Assembly: GCF_006345805.1 (NCBI RefSeq)
Contig: NC_043016.1
Location: 32,302,001 to 32,366,000, forward strand
DNA: 64,000 bases
Origin: Octopus sinensis
Lineage: Eukaryota
Reading direction: 5' to 3'
Shown here: one piece after another, positions 1 through 12,650 of the stretch
How the letters are laid out: the number at the start of each line of letters is the position of its first letter
Numbering within the stretch: position 1 is the first letter of the stretch
Program-made: the position numbers and the translations under genes
The notes under the pieces: model-generated
What the model was told of the DNA's origin: nothing
The model's input: only the letters and a program-made list of their open reading frames with translations
Databases searched by the model: none

Positions 1-106
1 TGCACATTGAGCAAATGTCTTCTACTATACCTTGGGCTGGCAAAGCCTTGTGAGTGGATTTGGTGGATGGAAATTGAAAGAAGCCTGTCGTATATGTATG
101 TATGTA

Positions 107-143
<37 letters not shown>

Positions 144-208
144 TATATTATATATATAATATATATATATATAGGTGTGGCTGTGTGGTAAGAAGCAAGC
201 TTCCAAGG

Positions 209-620
209 TGGCGAGCTGGCAGAACCGTTAGCATGCCGGGCGAAATGCTCAGCGGTATTTCGTCTGCCGTTACGTTCTGAGTTCAAATTCCGCCGAGGTC
301 GACTTTGCCTTTCATCTTTCGGGGTCGATAATTTAAGTACCAGTTATGCACTGGGGTCTATATAATCGACTTAATCCGTTTGTCTGTCCTTGTTTGTACC
401 CTCTGTGTTTAGCCCCTTGTGGGTAGTAAAGAAATAGGTATTTCGTCTACCACTACGTTCTGAGTTCAAATTCCACCGAGGCTGACTTTGCCTTTCATCC
501 TATTGGGGTCGATAAATTAAATACCAGTTACACGCTGGGGTCAATATAATCGATTTAACCCCTTTTTCTGTCCTTGTTTGTCCCCTCTATGTTTAACCCC
601 TTGTGGGCAATAAAAAAATA
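209..620 (+). mobile_element. tRNA-derived SINE (family D here) plus a second partial copy in tandem
   Basis: GGCGAGCTGGCAGAA head, B-box-like GAGTTCAAATTCC, body GTCGACTTTGCCTTTCATC and tail GGGTAGTAAAGAAATAGG. The same sequence recurs at 38735-38975, 39814-40011 and 54480-55150. Confidence 0.75.
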
Positions 621-1438
621 AGAAGCTAGCTTCCAAACCACATCACTCTGGGTTCAGTCCCACTGCATGGCACCATAGGCAAGTGTCTTCCACTACAGCC
701 TTTGCCCAACCAAAGCCTTGTGAATGGATTACGTAGACAGAAACTGAAAGAAGTCCATTATGTATATGTATACATATATATGTCTCTGTGTGTGTCTTTC
801 TGTCTGTATTGTCCACCACCACCACTTGGCAACCAGTGTTGGTGTGTTTGCATCCCCATAACTTAGCAGTTTGGCAAAAGGGACTAATCGAATAAGTATC
901 AGGCTTAAAAGAAAAATAAGTATTGGGGTTGATTTATTCCATTAATAATTCTTCAAGGTGGTGCCCCAGCATGGCCACAGTCTAATGATTGAAACAAATA
1001 AAAGATAAAAGATAAAAAATAGAGTCAGAGGATGATCACAGCTGAAATACAAGACCCTACCTAATAGGTGGACTTGTTAGAAATAGCTGCTAAAATTTCC
1101 TTGAACCATACCCGGGGAAAAAAAAAATTAGTAAAACAACTTCGTATTTGGGAACTTAATTAACCCAGAATTTTTATCCATTTTAATTTAGACCACCTTA
1201 AAACAGGAAGATTGTATCATAGAAGCAGTGATGGTCATATGTGGGTCGGTGTCATGAAAGGTTAAATGATATATATAACATGCTACTCATGCTTATACCT
1301 CTCTCTTTGTCGCAGTCTCTGTGTGTTTCTCTTATCAAAATTTTAACTCTTAATCATATTATCAATAGTTTTCACTCTTGACTTTGCTTTACATTATTTT
1401 TTGTGTGATTGAAGGCATGGGCTGTTAGACATGTGTAT

Positions 1439-1474
<36 letters not shown>

Positions 1475-2420
1475 CAACAGTATAGATGTAGCCAGAGCAG
1501 TTAATTTTGCACTTGTTTGACTGAGCATGGAAAGTGAAATAAGGTAATGAGGGAGCCCTTATTTGTTCACTCAGCTAAATAATTTTTAGGGTTCTTAATT
1601 ATTCTAGATTTAACTATTCACTTTATTATACTTCAATTCCAAAATCTTTTTTCCATCAAAGCTCCACCATAATTACTCCTTCCTGTATGTGTCATATATT
1701 TCATTATTATTTTATTTCTATATTCTTAATCTTATCTCATGCACTTCTTAGTAAGTAGATATTACTTAGCATGTGAGTATGTGTGTGTGTATGTGTGTGT
1801 ATGTGAGTGTATGTATTTAAGCATATATATATAAGGTTTTGTTTGCATACAATGTTTAAAGATACAAACTGTATTTCTTATCTTTTATCTTAAGAATAGA
1901 TGCGTTCCTGTTTCCTGGCGCCAGATTTCAAAACTCTAGTTAAATTAAATGGTCAACTATCTTGCATTGAATGTGACATTTTAGTTTTACTAGCTCTATC
2001 ATCAACTGCCTATCAAAATTTCTCTCACTCATGAATTCCAATGTATGAATAGAAGATGACTGTTTGACCACTCCCCTTTAAGATAAGCATATATTACTTT
2101 CATTGCCTTAGGAATGGAGTTGTTTGATTGGTTGCCAAATTTAATGCCTCCACCCTATGTTGAATTTTCTTGTTTCATTCAAGATTTGCTATAAATGTTC
2201 TCCACCTCAATGATTTATTGTATTTTCACTAAAATATGTGGCAGAATATCACCTGAAGAAATGGAATGGTTATATAGAATTTTAAATTTATGCAATTTTT
2301 CTAATAACTTAGGTAATGAACTCACATTTGGAATAAACCACACACTTGGAACCAATCCTATGTCAGATTAATAGTTTATATCGGATTGAGTACTGTGGCG
2401 TGCGTGTGTGTGTGTGTATG

Positions 2421-2463
<43 letters not shown>

Positions 2464-2780
2464 ATTATATATATATTATATATACATATAACATACCACC
2501 AACAAACAATAACTAAGATGCAAGTAGGATGGTGTTATTGAAGAGTCTGGCATCTAAGATCTTGTTTAGCTTTGCTTTGAGCACATCCTATATTGAGGTA
2601 CCCCCTTGTGCATATATATATATATATATATATAAAGAGCAAATAATTCATGAGAAAATATTTGCGAAGATATCATTGACTCTTTTATTATCTAGTGTAA
2701 CGATTAAAAATGATAACAGAATCGATAATATAGGCAATTGCAGGCCCAGAAAAGCATTAAATAACAGAAGGATTAAAATT

Positions 2781-2910
2781 AATCAAAGGACATACTAAGT
2801 ATGTCTACCTGCTGGAAATAACAGTCAAAACTCTGATTCAAATCGCCATTTGAATAAGAGTTTTGACTGTTATTTTCAGCAGGTAGACATACTTATTATG
2901 TCCTTTGATT
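2781..2910. repeat. Palindromic MITE-like hairpin
   Basis: Arms of about 63 bp (AATCAAAGGACATA...AAAACTCT and its reverse complement) with 2 mismatches and a small bulge around a CGCC loop. Confidence 0.8.
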
Positions 2911-3363
2911 GATTTCATATATCTATAGATATAAAACTCAACTTGTGTCTCTGTGTGTGTATCTGTGTGTGTGTCTGTGTGTTTAACTTCCTGGCACATC
3001 TCCTCCAAGCCAACAAATCGTAGAAACACCAAAAATGGGTCACTTAAAGTTTAGGCAAATGAAAATTGAACTGTGCTATTTCTGTTCCGAAATTCATCTC
3101 GCAAGTGCAAAAATCGATAATGTGTTTGTTTAGGCCTTATGCCATGCATTGAATAGTGAACTTTACTCAGTCAGCTGTTTGACGTGAACTGTGTTCACCA
3201 CGCGTGCAAGCATGTGTAAATTGCATGAAAAATAAAAAATCAAGATATAAAAATGAATCGCCGTAAACATTGTAGAAATTCGGCAAAGAAATGAATTTTC
3301 GGGATGTAGCCTGGAGGGTTTTTTTTAATTAATCGTTTGGACTTTGTGAACACATACCAATTA

Positions 3364-3722
3364 TCTATATATATAAAGCTGAAGTTGTCTATGTATGGCA
3401 GGTTTGGTAGCCTTCAACTAACACTATCTCCTCCAAGACCCTGCAGCGCAAGTTGACCAAAATTGTGAGTATGATAGAAGAAGGCTTGCTCTTCCTTCCG
3501 TAGAGAACCAAAAATTATTTACAATCGGACCAAAAATTATTTACATCAAAAGGTGCTTTTTTTCTAGGAAATCCCTATTTTTTTACGATTTTTTGGCTGT
3601 TGCCATTTTTTGTGTATTTCAACCAGAAAAATGTCACTTAAAGAGAATAACAAGCTACATAATGCAAAATTTTTACTTATCAAAAATTCCAATTCTAAAG
3701 CAACGCCAGGTGATACTGCTAG
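3364..3722 (+). mobile_element. Non-autonomous Helitron
   Basis: A|TC 5' end, CTAG|T 3' end, decayed subterminal hairpin CTAAAGCAACGCCAGG, no TSD. Confidence 0.7.
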
Positions 3723-3760
3723 TATATATAATATATATATTATATATATATATATATATA

Positions 3761-3801
<41 letters not shown>

Positions 3802-4002
3802 TAGATATATAGATACATACATATATATATATATATATATTTGTGTGTCTGGAGAGAGTCATGTTGTCTTAATGCCTTTTTATGTAACACACCAGTTCAA
3901 TTTCCCTTCATTTATTTTATATATGTTTTTTTTCTTCCAAAATTTTCATTGCTTTTGCAACCTTGGCAATATCTATTTGTGTGTGTGTGTGTGTGTGTGT
4001 TT

Positions 4003-4085
4003 TTGACAGTAACTTCAAAGTTTCCACCAGCTAAGCCATCATCAGATGATGGCTTAGCTGGCCAAAACTTCGGAGTCACTGTCAA
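4003..4085. repeat. Palindrome formed by two head-to-head decayed hammerhead-like motifs
   Basis: Perfect 17-bp arms at 4027-4061 around one A. The minus strand reads CTGATGA...GAAACTTTGAAGTT and the plus strand reads CAGATGA...AAAACTTCGGAGTC. Confidence 0.55.
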
Positions 4086-4691
4086 CAGCATTATAAGAAT
4101 ACTAAATTTGCATGCTATGAAAGTACAGAGTAAACCCATCAGATTAATGTGAAATTGTCTTTTTATTATAACAACAGAAAAACAAACATTAATGTGTGTG
4201 TGTGTGTGTGTGTGTTTATGTTTGTACCTGTGTATGTGTCTGTGTGTGTATGTATGTATGCTTCAGTATATTTTGCTTAATCCAAGCTTGCATCTCCAAA
4301 AGCAGATGTTAAAATGATGATGATGATGATGATGACGATGGTTGTGGTGGTGGTGGTGGTGGTGGTGGTGGTGGTGTGGTGGTGGTGGTGGTGTGGTGGT
4401 GGTGGTGGTGGTGGTGTGGTGGTGGTGGCGGTGGTGGCGGTGGCGGCAGCATTTGTAATTTCAGTTCTTATGGGGATTAGAATTCTTGTAACAGTAGAGA
4501 AACCGCCATATTCCCATGATTCTGTGGGCAATGATGTTTCCTAAGCAAACTGGAAAAAAAAAAATGAAGAAGTGTCTGATGAAAAGTGATAAAAGACCAC
4601 ATTTTTGTTAATTTATGAGTGTGTGTGCACGTGATTTGACAGTTGTTTCCAGCAGGTCATTTAACCAGATAGAATCCTTCTTATCAGAATA

Positions 4692-5062
4692 CTAGCAGTA
4701 TCGCCCGGCGTTGCTCGGGTTTGTAAGGGAAATAACTATAAAGCATTTTTAGAGAGTTATAGCCAAAATATAGCAAAAAAATGTGAAAAAAATTATGGTA
4801 AATTTTTTTGAGAGTTAAAAAGGTGGAGTTGCGTCCCCTAGACAGTCTGTGGTTTGTTTCTGATTCTCGACCCCATGTCGAATTTATCGATTTTTTTCAG
4901 AACTGGGGGAACTTTTCAAAATTTTCACTGCGTTATTTTTGAATTATGACATTGGGCTATGTGTGTGTCAAGTTTCATAAGAATCGGTTGAAAGCCGTGG
5001 TCAGAGTGAGGGTACGAGAAAACAGACACACACAGACAAACTGCCGTTTATATAGAGAGAGA
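4692..5062 (-). mobile_element. Non-autonomous Helitron
   Basis: On the minus strand: TC start, CCCGAGCAACGCCGGG hairpin just upstream of a CTAG end, inserted between A and T. Confidence 0.8.
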
Positions 5063-5439
5063 TGATGACATTTGTGCTTATTGTGAGAAGAGCAAAGACA
5101 AAAGTAAGAAAGGCCATAGAAAGTGCATTGTATGTAGCCTTGAACATAATCGGATTGCTGCATGCATACTGGCCGCTCTGTTTGTGTGTGTGTGTGTGTG
5201 TCCATGGGTGTGTTGGCATGTGTGTGTACATTACCTATTCTGTACAGTGTTGAGTCATCATTCACAGACTTCCTTCTCCCGTAAAGAGCCGGAGAGAGTC
5301 TGGGTGGGGACTCTCCTGTACCTGATCAGTGACAACCCGATGGAAGTTTATTTGTTTGTTTATTTATTTATTTAGTTATTTAAAGGCCATCCTTTGGTCT
5401 TTTGATCCTACTTGATCTCAGTGTGCATGCATGCATACT

Positions 5440-6175
5440 CTCTCACACATACACACACACACACACATACACCATGCACACACACACATACACCATGCAC
5501 ACAAATATACACCATGCACACACACACACATGCATGCCGAAATAACAAGAGTACATGTGCATAAAAACCACAGAAACACACACACACACACACATACACA
5601 CATAACACACACATATACGCACACATGCATACATCAAAATAACAAGTGTACATGTGCATAAAAACCACAAACACACACATACATGCATGCATGCACAGAC
5701 GCACACACACACACACATGCTCACACACATGCACACACACATGCAGGCATGCACACACACATGCACGCATGTACACACACACACACGTGCACGCATGCAC
5801 AGACACACACACACGCTCACACACATACACTATATCACATGCATGGGGTCATTTGTGTGTGTGTATGTGTGTAAGAGACAGAAAGGGGGACAGAGGAAGA
5901 GACAGAGACAGAGAGAAGGATAGGTAGAGATAGGGAGAGAGAGAGAGAGAGAAAGAAGGAAGAGAAAGGGAGACAGAGGTAGAGAGAGGAACTGAGAGAG
6001 AGAGAGGGGGGAGGGAGAGGAAGAGCAGGTGTTCAGAGGATAAGCTTCTTGACTCTTAGTGTATTTATATATTGTATAAATACAAAATTTACATACATTA
6101 CATACATAAATATATATATATATACACACACACATATGCACACACACACATACATACACACATGCACGTGCACTG

Positions 6176-6211
<36 letters not shown>

Positions 6212-6360
6212 ACACACATAAATAGAAACATAATACAGACACACATATACACATAAGTTCATATACTTGCAAATGTGTGTTTGTGTGTGATCATGTGTGT
6301 GTGTGCTTTGGTGTGTGTGCTTGTGTGTGTGTGCTTGTGTGTGTGTGTGTGTGTGAGCAA
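5440..6360. repeat. (CA)n/(GA)n/(TG)n microsatellite-rich tract
   Basis: Degenerate dinucleotide repeats that account for the HT/CV-rich pseudo-ORFs. Confidence 0.9.
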
Positions 6361-6471
6361 ACAAGCAAGAGAAGAAGAGAGGGAGATTGAGAAAAATGTG
6401 TGTGTTCAGTGGATGAACTTCTTGAAGACTGGCAAATATTCACAAATTGCTTAAACACACACACACTCACA

Positions 6472-6519
<48 letters not shown>

Positions 6520-6628
6520 CATACACACTGTCTATTACATCTGAAAATTCCAGTACAGTCCAAAGACAGATGAATGAACTTAAAAATTGCAAAAGATATA
6601 CCGTATACAAACATTTCTCTTCAAACAT

Positions 6629-6970
6629 GAAGACTCATAGCTCAGTGGTTAGAGCATAGGGCTCAGAACCATGAGATAGTGGGTTCAATTCCAGGACCAG
6701 ACTGTGTGTTTTGTTCTTGAGCAAGACACTTTATTTCACATTGCTCCAATTCAGTCAACTGTAGAAATGGGTTTGCGACGTCACTGGTGCCTAGCTGTAT
6801 CAGCCCCTTTACCTTTCTCTTGGATAACATCAGTGGCATGGAGAAGGGAGGTAGTATGTATGGGCAACTACTAGTCTTCCATAAACAACCTTGCCCAGAC
6901 TTGTACCTCAGAGGGGAACTTTCTAGGTGCAATCCTATGGTCATTCATGACTGAAGGGGGTCTTTACCCT
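6629..6970 (+). mobile_element. tRNA-derived SINE (family B here)
   Basis: A-box TAGCTCAGTGG, B-box GGTTCAATTCC, TTGAGCAAGACACTTTATTTCAC core and GAAGGGGGTCTTTACCC end. Homologous to 34966-35300, 36070-36400 and 45572-45890. Confidence 0.8.
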
Positions 6971-8620
6971 TTAACCTTCATACATGTAAGGGTGGCTGCT
7001 GATTATGCTTCTGGTTCCAACTTAGGAGGAATATGGACATACCACAATTTAATTTGTTTCAAGTTACATCTTTTTCAATGTTAAGTCCTGCTTTATTTTT
7101 TAAGAAATTAATCGAAAGAAATAAACTTCAACTTCAGTTCATTCATTTGACCTTACATTGGTGTCAACATAGATACAGGTGTATCTAGACATTTGCTGCC
7201 TAGCCAAATGGCTCCAGGTTCAGTCCCCCTGTGTGGAACCTTGGGCAAATGTCTTCCACTAAAGGTTCAGGTCAACCTGAGTGGATTTGGTAGACGGAAA
7301 CTGAAAGTAGCCCATTGTATATATACATATATATATTTCTTAACTGCCCACACGGGGCTAAACACAGAGGGGACAAACAAGGACAGACAAAGGGATTAAG
7401 TCGATTACATCGACCCCAGTGCGTAACTGGTACTTTATTTATCAACCCCATCATCATCGTTTAACATTTTCCATGCTAAAATTGACTAAAATTTTTCAAG
7501 GTGGTGCCCCAGCATGGCCGCAGTCTCATGATTGAAACAAGTAAGATGTAAAAGCAAACATACTTAAAAGCATGGAAAATATTTTTAGAAAAAGCATGTG
7601 AAAACCAACACCCAAGTGGAAATATGTACAAACCATTTATTTAAGGAGATATAAACTAATAGATCTTTTAAAATGGTTTTCCATGTCATGCCATTTTACC
7701 AATTTAAGTTGTATCTTGGAACCAAATATCAACACAATTGAAGTTTGCTCTGTATAAGCACAAAACACACATGCACAGACACACACGCACACACAAACAC
7801 ACACAGTCATATACACACATACTCACACATATACACATACACACACACTCACACATACACACACACACACTCACATATACACTCACACCTACACACTTAC
7901 ACACTCACACACAGACACTCACAAATACACACTCACACACACATACTCATACACACACTCACATATACAGACACACACTCACACATACACACACACACTC
8001 TCACTCGCACATATACACACACTCACATACACACACTCACACATACACATATTCACGCTCACACATACACACACACACACGTTTGTACACTTATGTATGA
8101 ATATATATATATACTCTCTTTCATACGTGCATTGTTTAAAAGAAAAATGAAATGAAAAATAGAGAAAGGCAGTGCTCCAGCATGGCCGCAGTCATATAAC
8201 TGAAAGAAAAGAATAAAAATAATGAGAGAGAGAGGCAGACAGAGACAGAGAGAGGGGATGAAACAATCATATTTTGGGAATTAATAGAAAAGTTTTTTGA
8301 TGCAGTTACATAGAACGGTTCGTTTTTCAACTGCAGACAGACTGGAGTTGGTTTCAGTTATGCACCAGAGAAAGCAAAGAGGAATATAGCTGCAAGTGGT
8401 TATAGAAATAATGAGAACCAGTTTTGCAGAAGAATTCTTAGATCAGTTAACTTCATATTCGCGCTCAAACGGTGATATCAACACTTACATTCCTCCTCCT
8501 CCTCTTCTCCCTCCTCTGCCTTCTCCTCTCCTCTACTTCCACCCCTTCCTTCTCTTCTTCTTCTTCTTCTTCTTCTTCTTCTTCTTCTTCTTCTTCTTCT
8601 TCTTCTTCTTCTCATTATTA

Positions 8621-8654
<34 letters not shown>

Positions 8655-8750
8655 AATTTCTTAAAGAATATCTCAAAATATGCGATTATATTGTATTACA
8701 GACTGGAAACTATAACCTAGTTTACTGTCTCTTATGCATTCTTTGTTTCT

Positions 8751-8797
<47 letters not shown>

Positions 8798-8991
8798 TGC
8801 TATCATTGTCTGTATGCACACACTACATACATATATACATACACACATGTACATGCACACATTCACTGATACATGCTCTCACACACATGCATTTAATCCA
8901 TAGTCATTAGTCCAGCAAAATATATTTTGTTTTGCTTATGGCTCTTCAAGGGACCATATATATATATATATATATATTAATATATATATAT

Positions 8992-9102
<111 letters not shown>

Positions 9103-9113
9103 GTATTATATAT

Positions 9114-9149
<36 letters not shown>

Positions 9150-9254
9150 ATTTTTATTTTTAGATATAAATGATGTACTCAAGTGTAGTTATGTTTTTAG
9201 CTTGTGCTTTTTTCCATGATCATACGTGAGTATTTTATTTATATCCCATCGAAA

Positions 9255-9318
9255 TTCTACTGAAGAAGGAATATATCTTTTTTTATAAGATTAAGTCCGA
9301 AATTGATTCAATATAGAG
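9255..9318 (+). ncRNA. Type I hammerhead ribozyme (copy 1)
   Basis: Stem I TTCTA/TAGAG, core CTGAAGA, an extra A, stem II GGA..TCC with inner ATCTT/AAGAT, GAA-A, stem III ATTG/CAAT, AUA triplet. Predicted cleavage after 9313. Confidence 0.7.
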
Positions 9319-9747
9319 ATAACGAAATTTAAATTTTCTAAAGGTTAGTTGCCCGTTTTCAGTTTCAATTTTCCTGTAACAAGCGGATTATAAGTGGATA
9401 AAACAGTGTATTTGGCTTTAGAATAACCCTCTTTAGCCCTTAATTATATGATGTATATTGCAACCGTAACGGTTTTTTTAAATATACTGCCCACGCTCCT
9501 GATGAATTCCTTTGCTGTAGAGTAAGGGACTTCATCCTATATTGCTTAGTAGTAAACTCGATGCTTGCTACAGGAGGACTGGTAACCATTACAATTTGTA
9601 GCGGTGAAAGGTCTGGACGTTGTTTTCTGAGGCTGACCAAAGAATTTTTATTTTTAGATATAAATGATGTACTCAAGTGTAGTTATGTTTTTAGCTTGTG
9701 CTTTTCCATGATCATACGTGAGTATTTTATTTATATCCCATCGAAAT

Positions 9748-9811
9748 TTCTACTGAAGAAGGAATATATCTTTTTTTATAAGATTAAGTCCGAAATTGAT
9801 TCAATATAGAG
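9748..9811 (+). ncRNA. Type I hammerhead ribozyme (copy 2)
   Basis: Same fold as copy 1. Predicted cleavage after 9806. Confidence 0.7.
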
Positions 9812-9941
9812 ATAACGAAATTTAAATTTTCTAAAGGTTAGTTGCCCGTTTTCAGTTTCAATTTTCCTGTAACAAGCGGATTATAAGTGGATAAAACAGT
9901 GCATTTGGCTTTAGAATAACCCTCTTTAGCCCTTAATTATA

Positions 9942-9987
<46 letters not shown>

Positions 9988-10451
9988 TATATGTATATAT
10001 GTATATATATATATATATGTATGTATGAATGTATGTAGGCATGTCAGGTCACTTTTGAGTGTTACTGGTAACATGTAACCTTATTGCATGGTCGGGTCGT
10101 CGGCGACTAAACCGGCAACCACACCAAGCTTGCTTGCTGAGGAGGGTGTCTATTGGACACCATGAAGGATGAAAAACAAAACCCGTGAAAAGGCGGAGGA
10201 ACTCTTGAGAGTGAACGGCCATCCAATAAATGTCTTAAGGCTGTATCATGTATGTATGTATATTATTTGATAAGTTTCATTCAGCTCCATGCCTGAAGAG
10301 CTAGGTTTTTTTTATGAGTCCATGAAACTTTTAGTTGTTTGGAGTTGAATTAAATTCGATTCTGCTAAATATGTGAAGTGCCAGTTTCTTTCATTTAGCC
10401 ACTCACTCATATATGTGTGTATGTGTGTCATTATTCACTTTTATTTCAAGA

Positions 10452-10949
10452 CTAGCAGCATAGCCCGGCGTTGCCCGGGTATGTAAGAGCCCCTAGTAAG
10501 CAACGACTAATCCCAATCTAGTCCTTTCCCTCTAGGGAACGAAGGCGCATGTGTAGGTTGCAATGTCTTCTCTTCACTCGAATACTTCTGTGTATTTTTT
10601 CTGATGGTAAGGTATTGCATGGAAAACTAACGTCAGAATTAAGTTTCTTAGGGTAACATTAAGCTTCACCATGAGTTTGGTGAAAATCGATAGCAAGTTG
10701 CGAAAACTACAAGAGAAAATGTGTTGCATGCAAAAAGCTTAGATTCTCGACCCCAGTCGAATTTATCGATTTTTTTCAGAACTGGGGGAACTTTTCAAAA
10801 TTTTCACAGCGTTAGTTTTGAATTATGACATTGGGCTATGTGTGTCAAGTTTCATCAGAACTGGTTGAAAGCCGTGGTCAGGGTGAGGGTACAACCTGAC
10901 AGAGACACAGACACACAGACAGACAAACTGCCGTTTATATAGGGAGAGA
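10452..10949 (-). mobile_element. Non-autonomous Helitron
   Basis: TC...CCCGGGCAACGCCGGG hairpin...CTAG on the minus strand. It splits CAAGA|TTTCTTGCC without a TSD, and the empty site is seen at ~11099 and ~30483. Confidence 0.85.
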
Positions 10950-11041
10950 TTTCTTGCCAATAGAGAAAGAACCGGTTTCTAACCTAGATCCAAGGCTCCT
11001 TCATTGGAAGTTCAACATCAACAACAGGGTATTTTTTCTAT

Positions 11042-11074
<33 letters not shown>

Positions 11075-11488
11075 ATGTATGTCATTATTCAGTTTGTTTC
11101 AAGATTTCTTGCCAATGGAGAATGAAACGGTTTCTAACCTTGATCCAAGGCTCCTTCATTGGAAGTTGAACATCAACAACAGGGTAGTTTTGTGTGTATG
11201 TATGTATGTATGTATGTATTATGTATGTATGTATGTATGTATGTATGTATGTATGTATGTATTATGTATGTATTATGTATGTATGTATTATGTATGTATT
11301 ATGTATGTATGTATGTATGTATGTATTATGTATGTATGTGCAGATTTGTATGTTTTATGTATGTATTCTTATGCATATAGTTACATATCTAGACATGCCC
11401 ATTTAAATGATAAACTTCTGGAAAGTTTTATAGATTTTTATGTATGTATGTATGTATGTATGTATGTATGTACATATATGTATATATA

Positions 11489-12148
11489 CAGGCTAAGATT
11501 TCTCCCTTCTATTTCATACATACATACATACATACATTTGTCTACCGTTTAAATGTTTTGAACTTATAACCACCAATCTGCTTTGCTTTCCTTTTCTTTC
11601 TACATGCCACCCTAAAAACATCGCCATTCCCGCCCGTTTCTCTAAAGTTCAACCTTCGCATATTCCCTTTAATTCGATCTCCACCATTCACTATCATTTC
11701 TTCCCCTGACTTGCAGCGATGTCCATGAGCAGGCTAAGATTTCTCCCTTCTATTTCATACATACATACATACATACATTTGTCTACCGTTTAAATGTTTT
11801 GAACTTATAACCACCAATCTGCTTTGCTTTCCTTTTCTTTCTACATGCCACCCTAAAAACATCGCCATTCCCGCCCGTTTCTCTAAAGTTCAACCTTCGC
11901 ATATTCCCTTTAATTCGATCTCCACCATTCACTATCATTTCTTCCCCTGATTTGCAGCGATGTCCATGAGCAGGCTAAGATTTCTCCTCTCTATTTCATA
12001 CATACATACATACATACATTTGTCTGCCGTTTAAATGTTTTGAACTTATAACCACCAATCTGCTTTGCTTTCCTTTTCTTTCTACATGCCACCCTAAAAA
12101 ATCGCCATTCCCGCCCGTTTCTCTAAAGTTCAACCTTCGCATATTCCC
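11489..12148. repeat. Tandem repeat, 241-bp unit, about 2.7 copies
   Basis: CAGGCTAAGATTTCTC starts at 11489, 11730 and 11971. Each unit carries a (TACA)n tract and the units are nearly identical. Confidence 0.9.
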
Positions 12149-12429
12149 GGTGCACCCCCGCCCTTGCCCACCCCCACCACCAATACCGGATATCTCTATA
12201 TTTTTGTTCCATCTATACCGGATGTCGCTTCTCCCACCACCATTATAGGTGTCTACTCTTCGAACCCCCCTCTTCAACACGCTATTTCACCTTGCATTAC
12301 CCCTCTCTTGATATCCTACGTTCTACTTGCCTAGAACCTGTCATCATTTCTCTGAACCACCCTCCCCACTGGTGCTCCCCTATATATTTCTATACCCCCC
12401 CCCCACATAAAAAGCACCATCCGAACTTG

Positions 12430-12650
12430 GACGATGCCAGACCCCTCTGGCACCTGTGCAGGTGCACGTAAAAAACACCCACTACACTCGCGGAGTGGTT
12501 GGCGTTAGGAAGGGCATCCAGCTGTAGAAACACTGCCAGACTAGACTGGAGCCTGGGGCAGTCCCGAGCTCCCCAGAACCCGGTCGAAACCGTCCAACCC
12601 GTGCTAGCGCGGAAAACGGACGTTAAACGATGATGATGATGATGATGATA
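12430..12650 (+). mobile_element. RTE-LINE 3' end fragment (or RTE-tail SINE) with (GAT)n tail
   Basis: GGCGTTAGGAAGGGCATCCAGCTGTAGAAAC...GGACGTTAAACGATGATG matches the 3' end of the LINE at 19494-22584. Confidence 0.8.

Larger units (their letters stand above)
9149..9944 (+). mobile_element. Candidate retrozyme / Penelope-like pLTR element: two ~300-bp hammerhead-bearing direct repeats around a ~190-bp spacer, within (TA)n
   Basis: Direct repeats 9149-9451 and 9643-9944 are nearly identical and each contains a type I hammerhead fold. Both flanks are (TA)n. There is no recognisable coding capacity. Confidence 0.65.

Noticed and set aside
2113-2193. Short ORF MELFDWLPNLMPPPYV... after a good acceptor
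   Set aside because: It stops after 26 codons, has no convincing donor, and shows no recognisable homology.
3150-3230. CpG-containing stretch with E-box, CRE-like and GTGAAC-tgt-GTTCAC motifs as a promoter
   Set aside because: Short motifs are expected by chance and no linked transcript start or exon was seen.
6629-6710. tRNA genes at SINE heads (also 34966, 36070, 45572, 29900-29966)
   Set aside because: A/B boxes are present but there is no closed acceptor stem, and each continues into a repeated SINE body.
10040-10245. GC-richer segment with a GGTGTC/GACACC hairpin after CTGAGGA, considered as a hammerhead or HDV-like ribozyme
   Set aside because: There is no GAAA after the stem and no HDV pseudoknot was found. 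It is probably a LINE UTR fragment.
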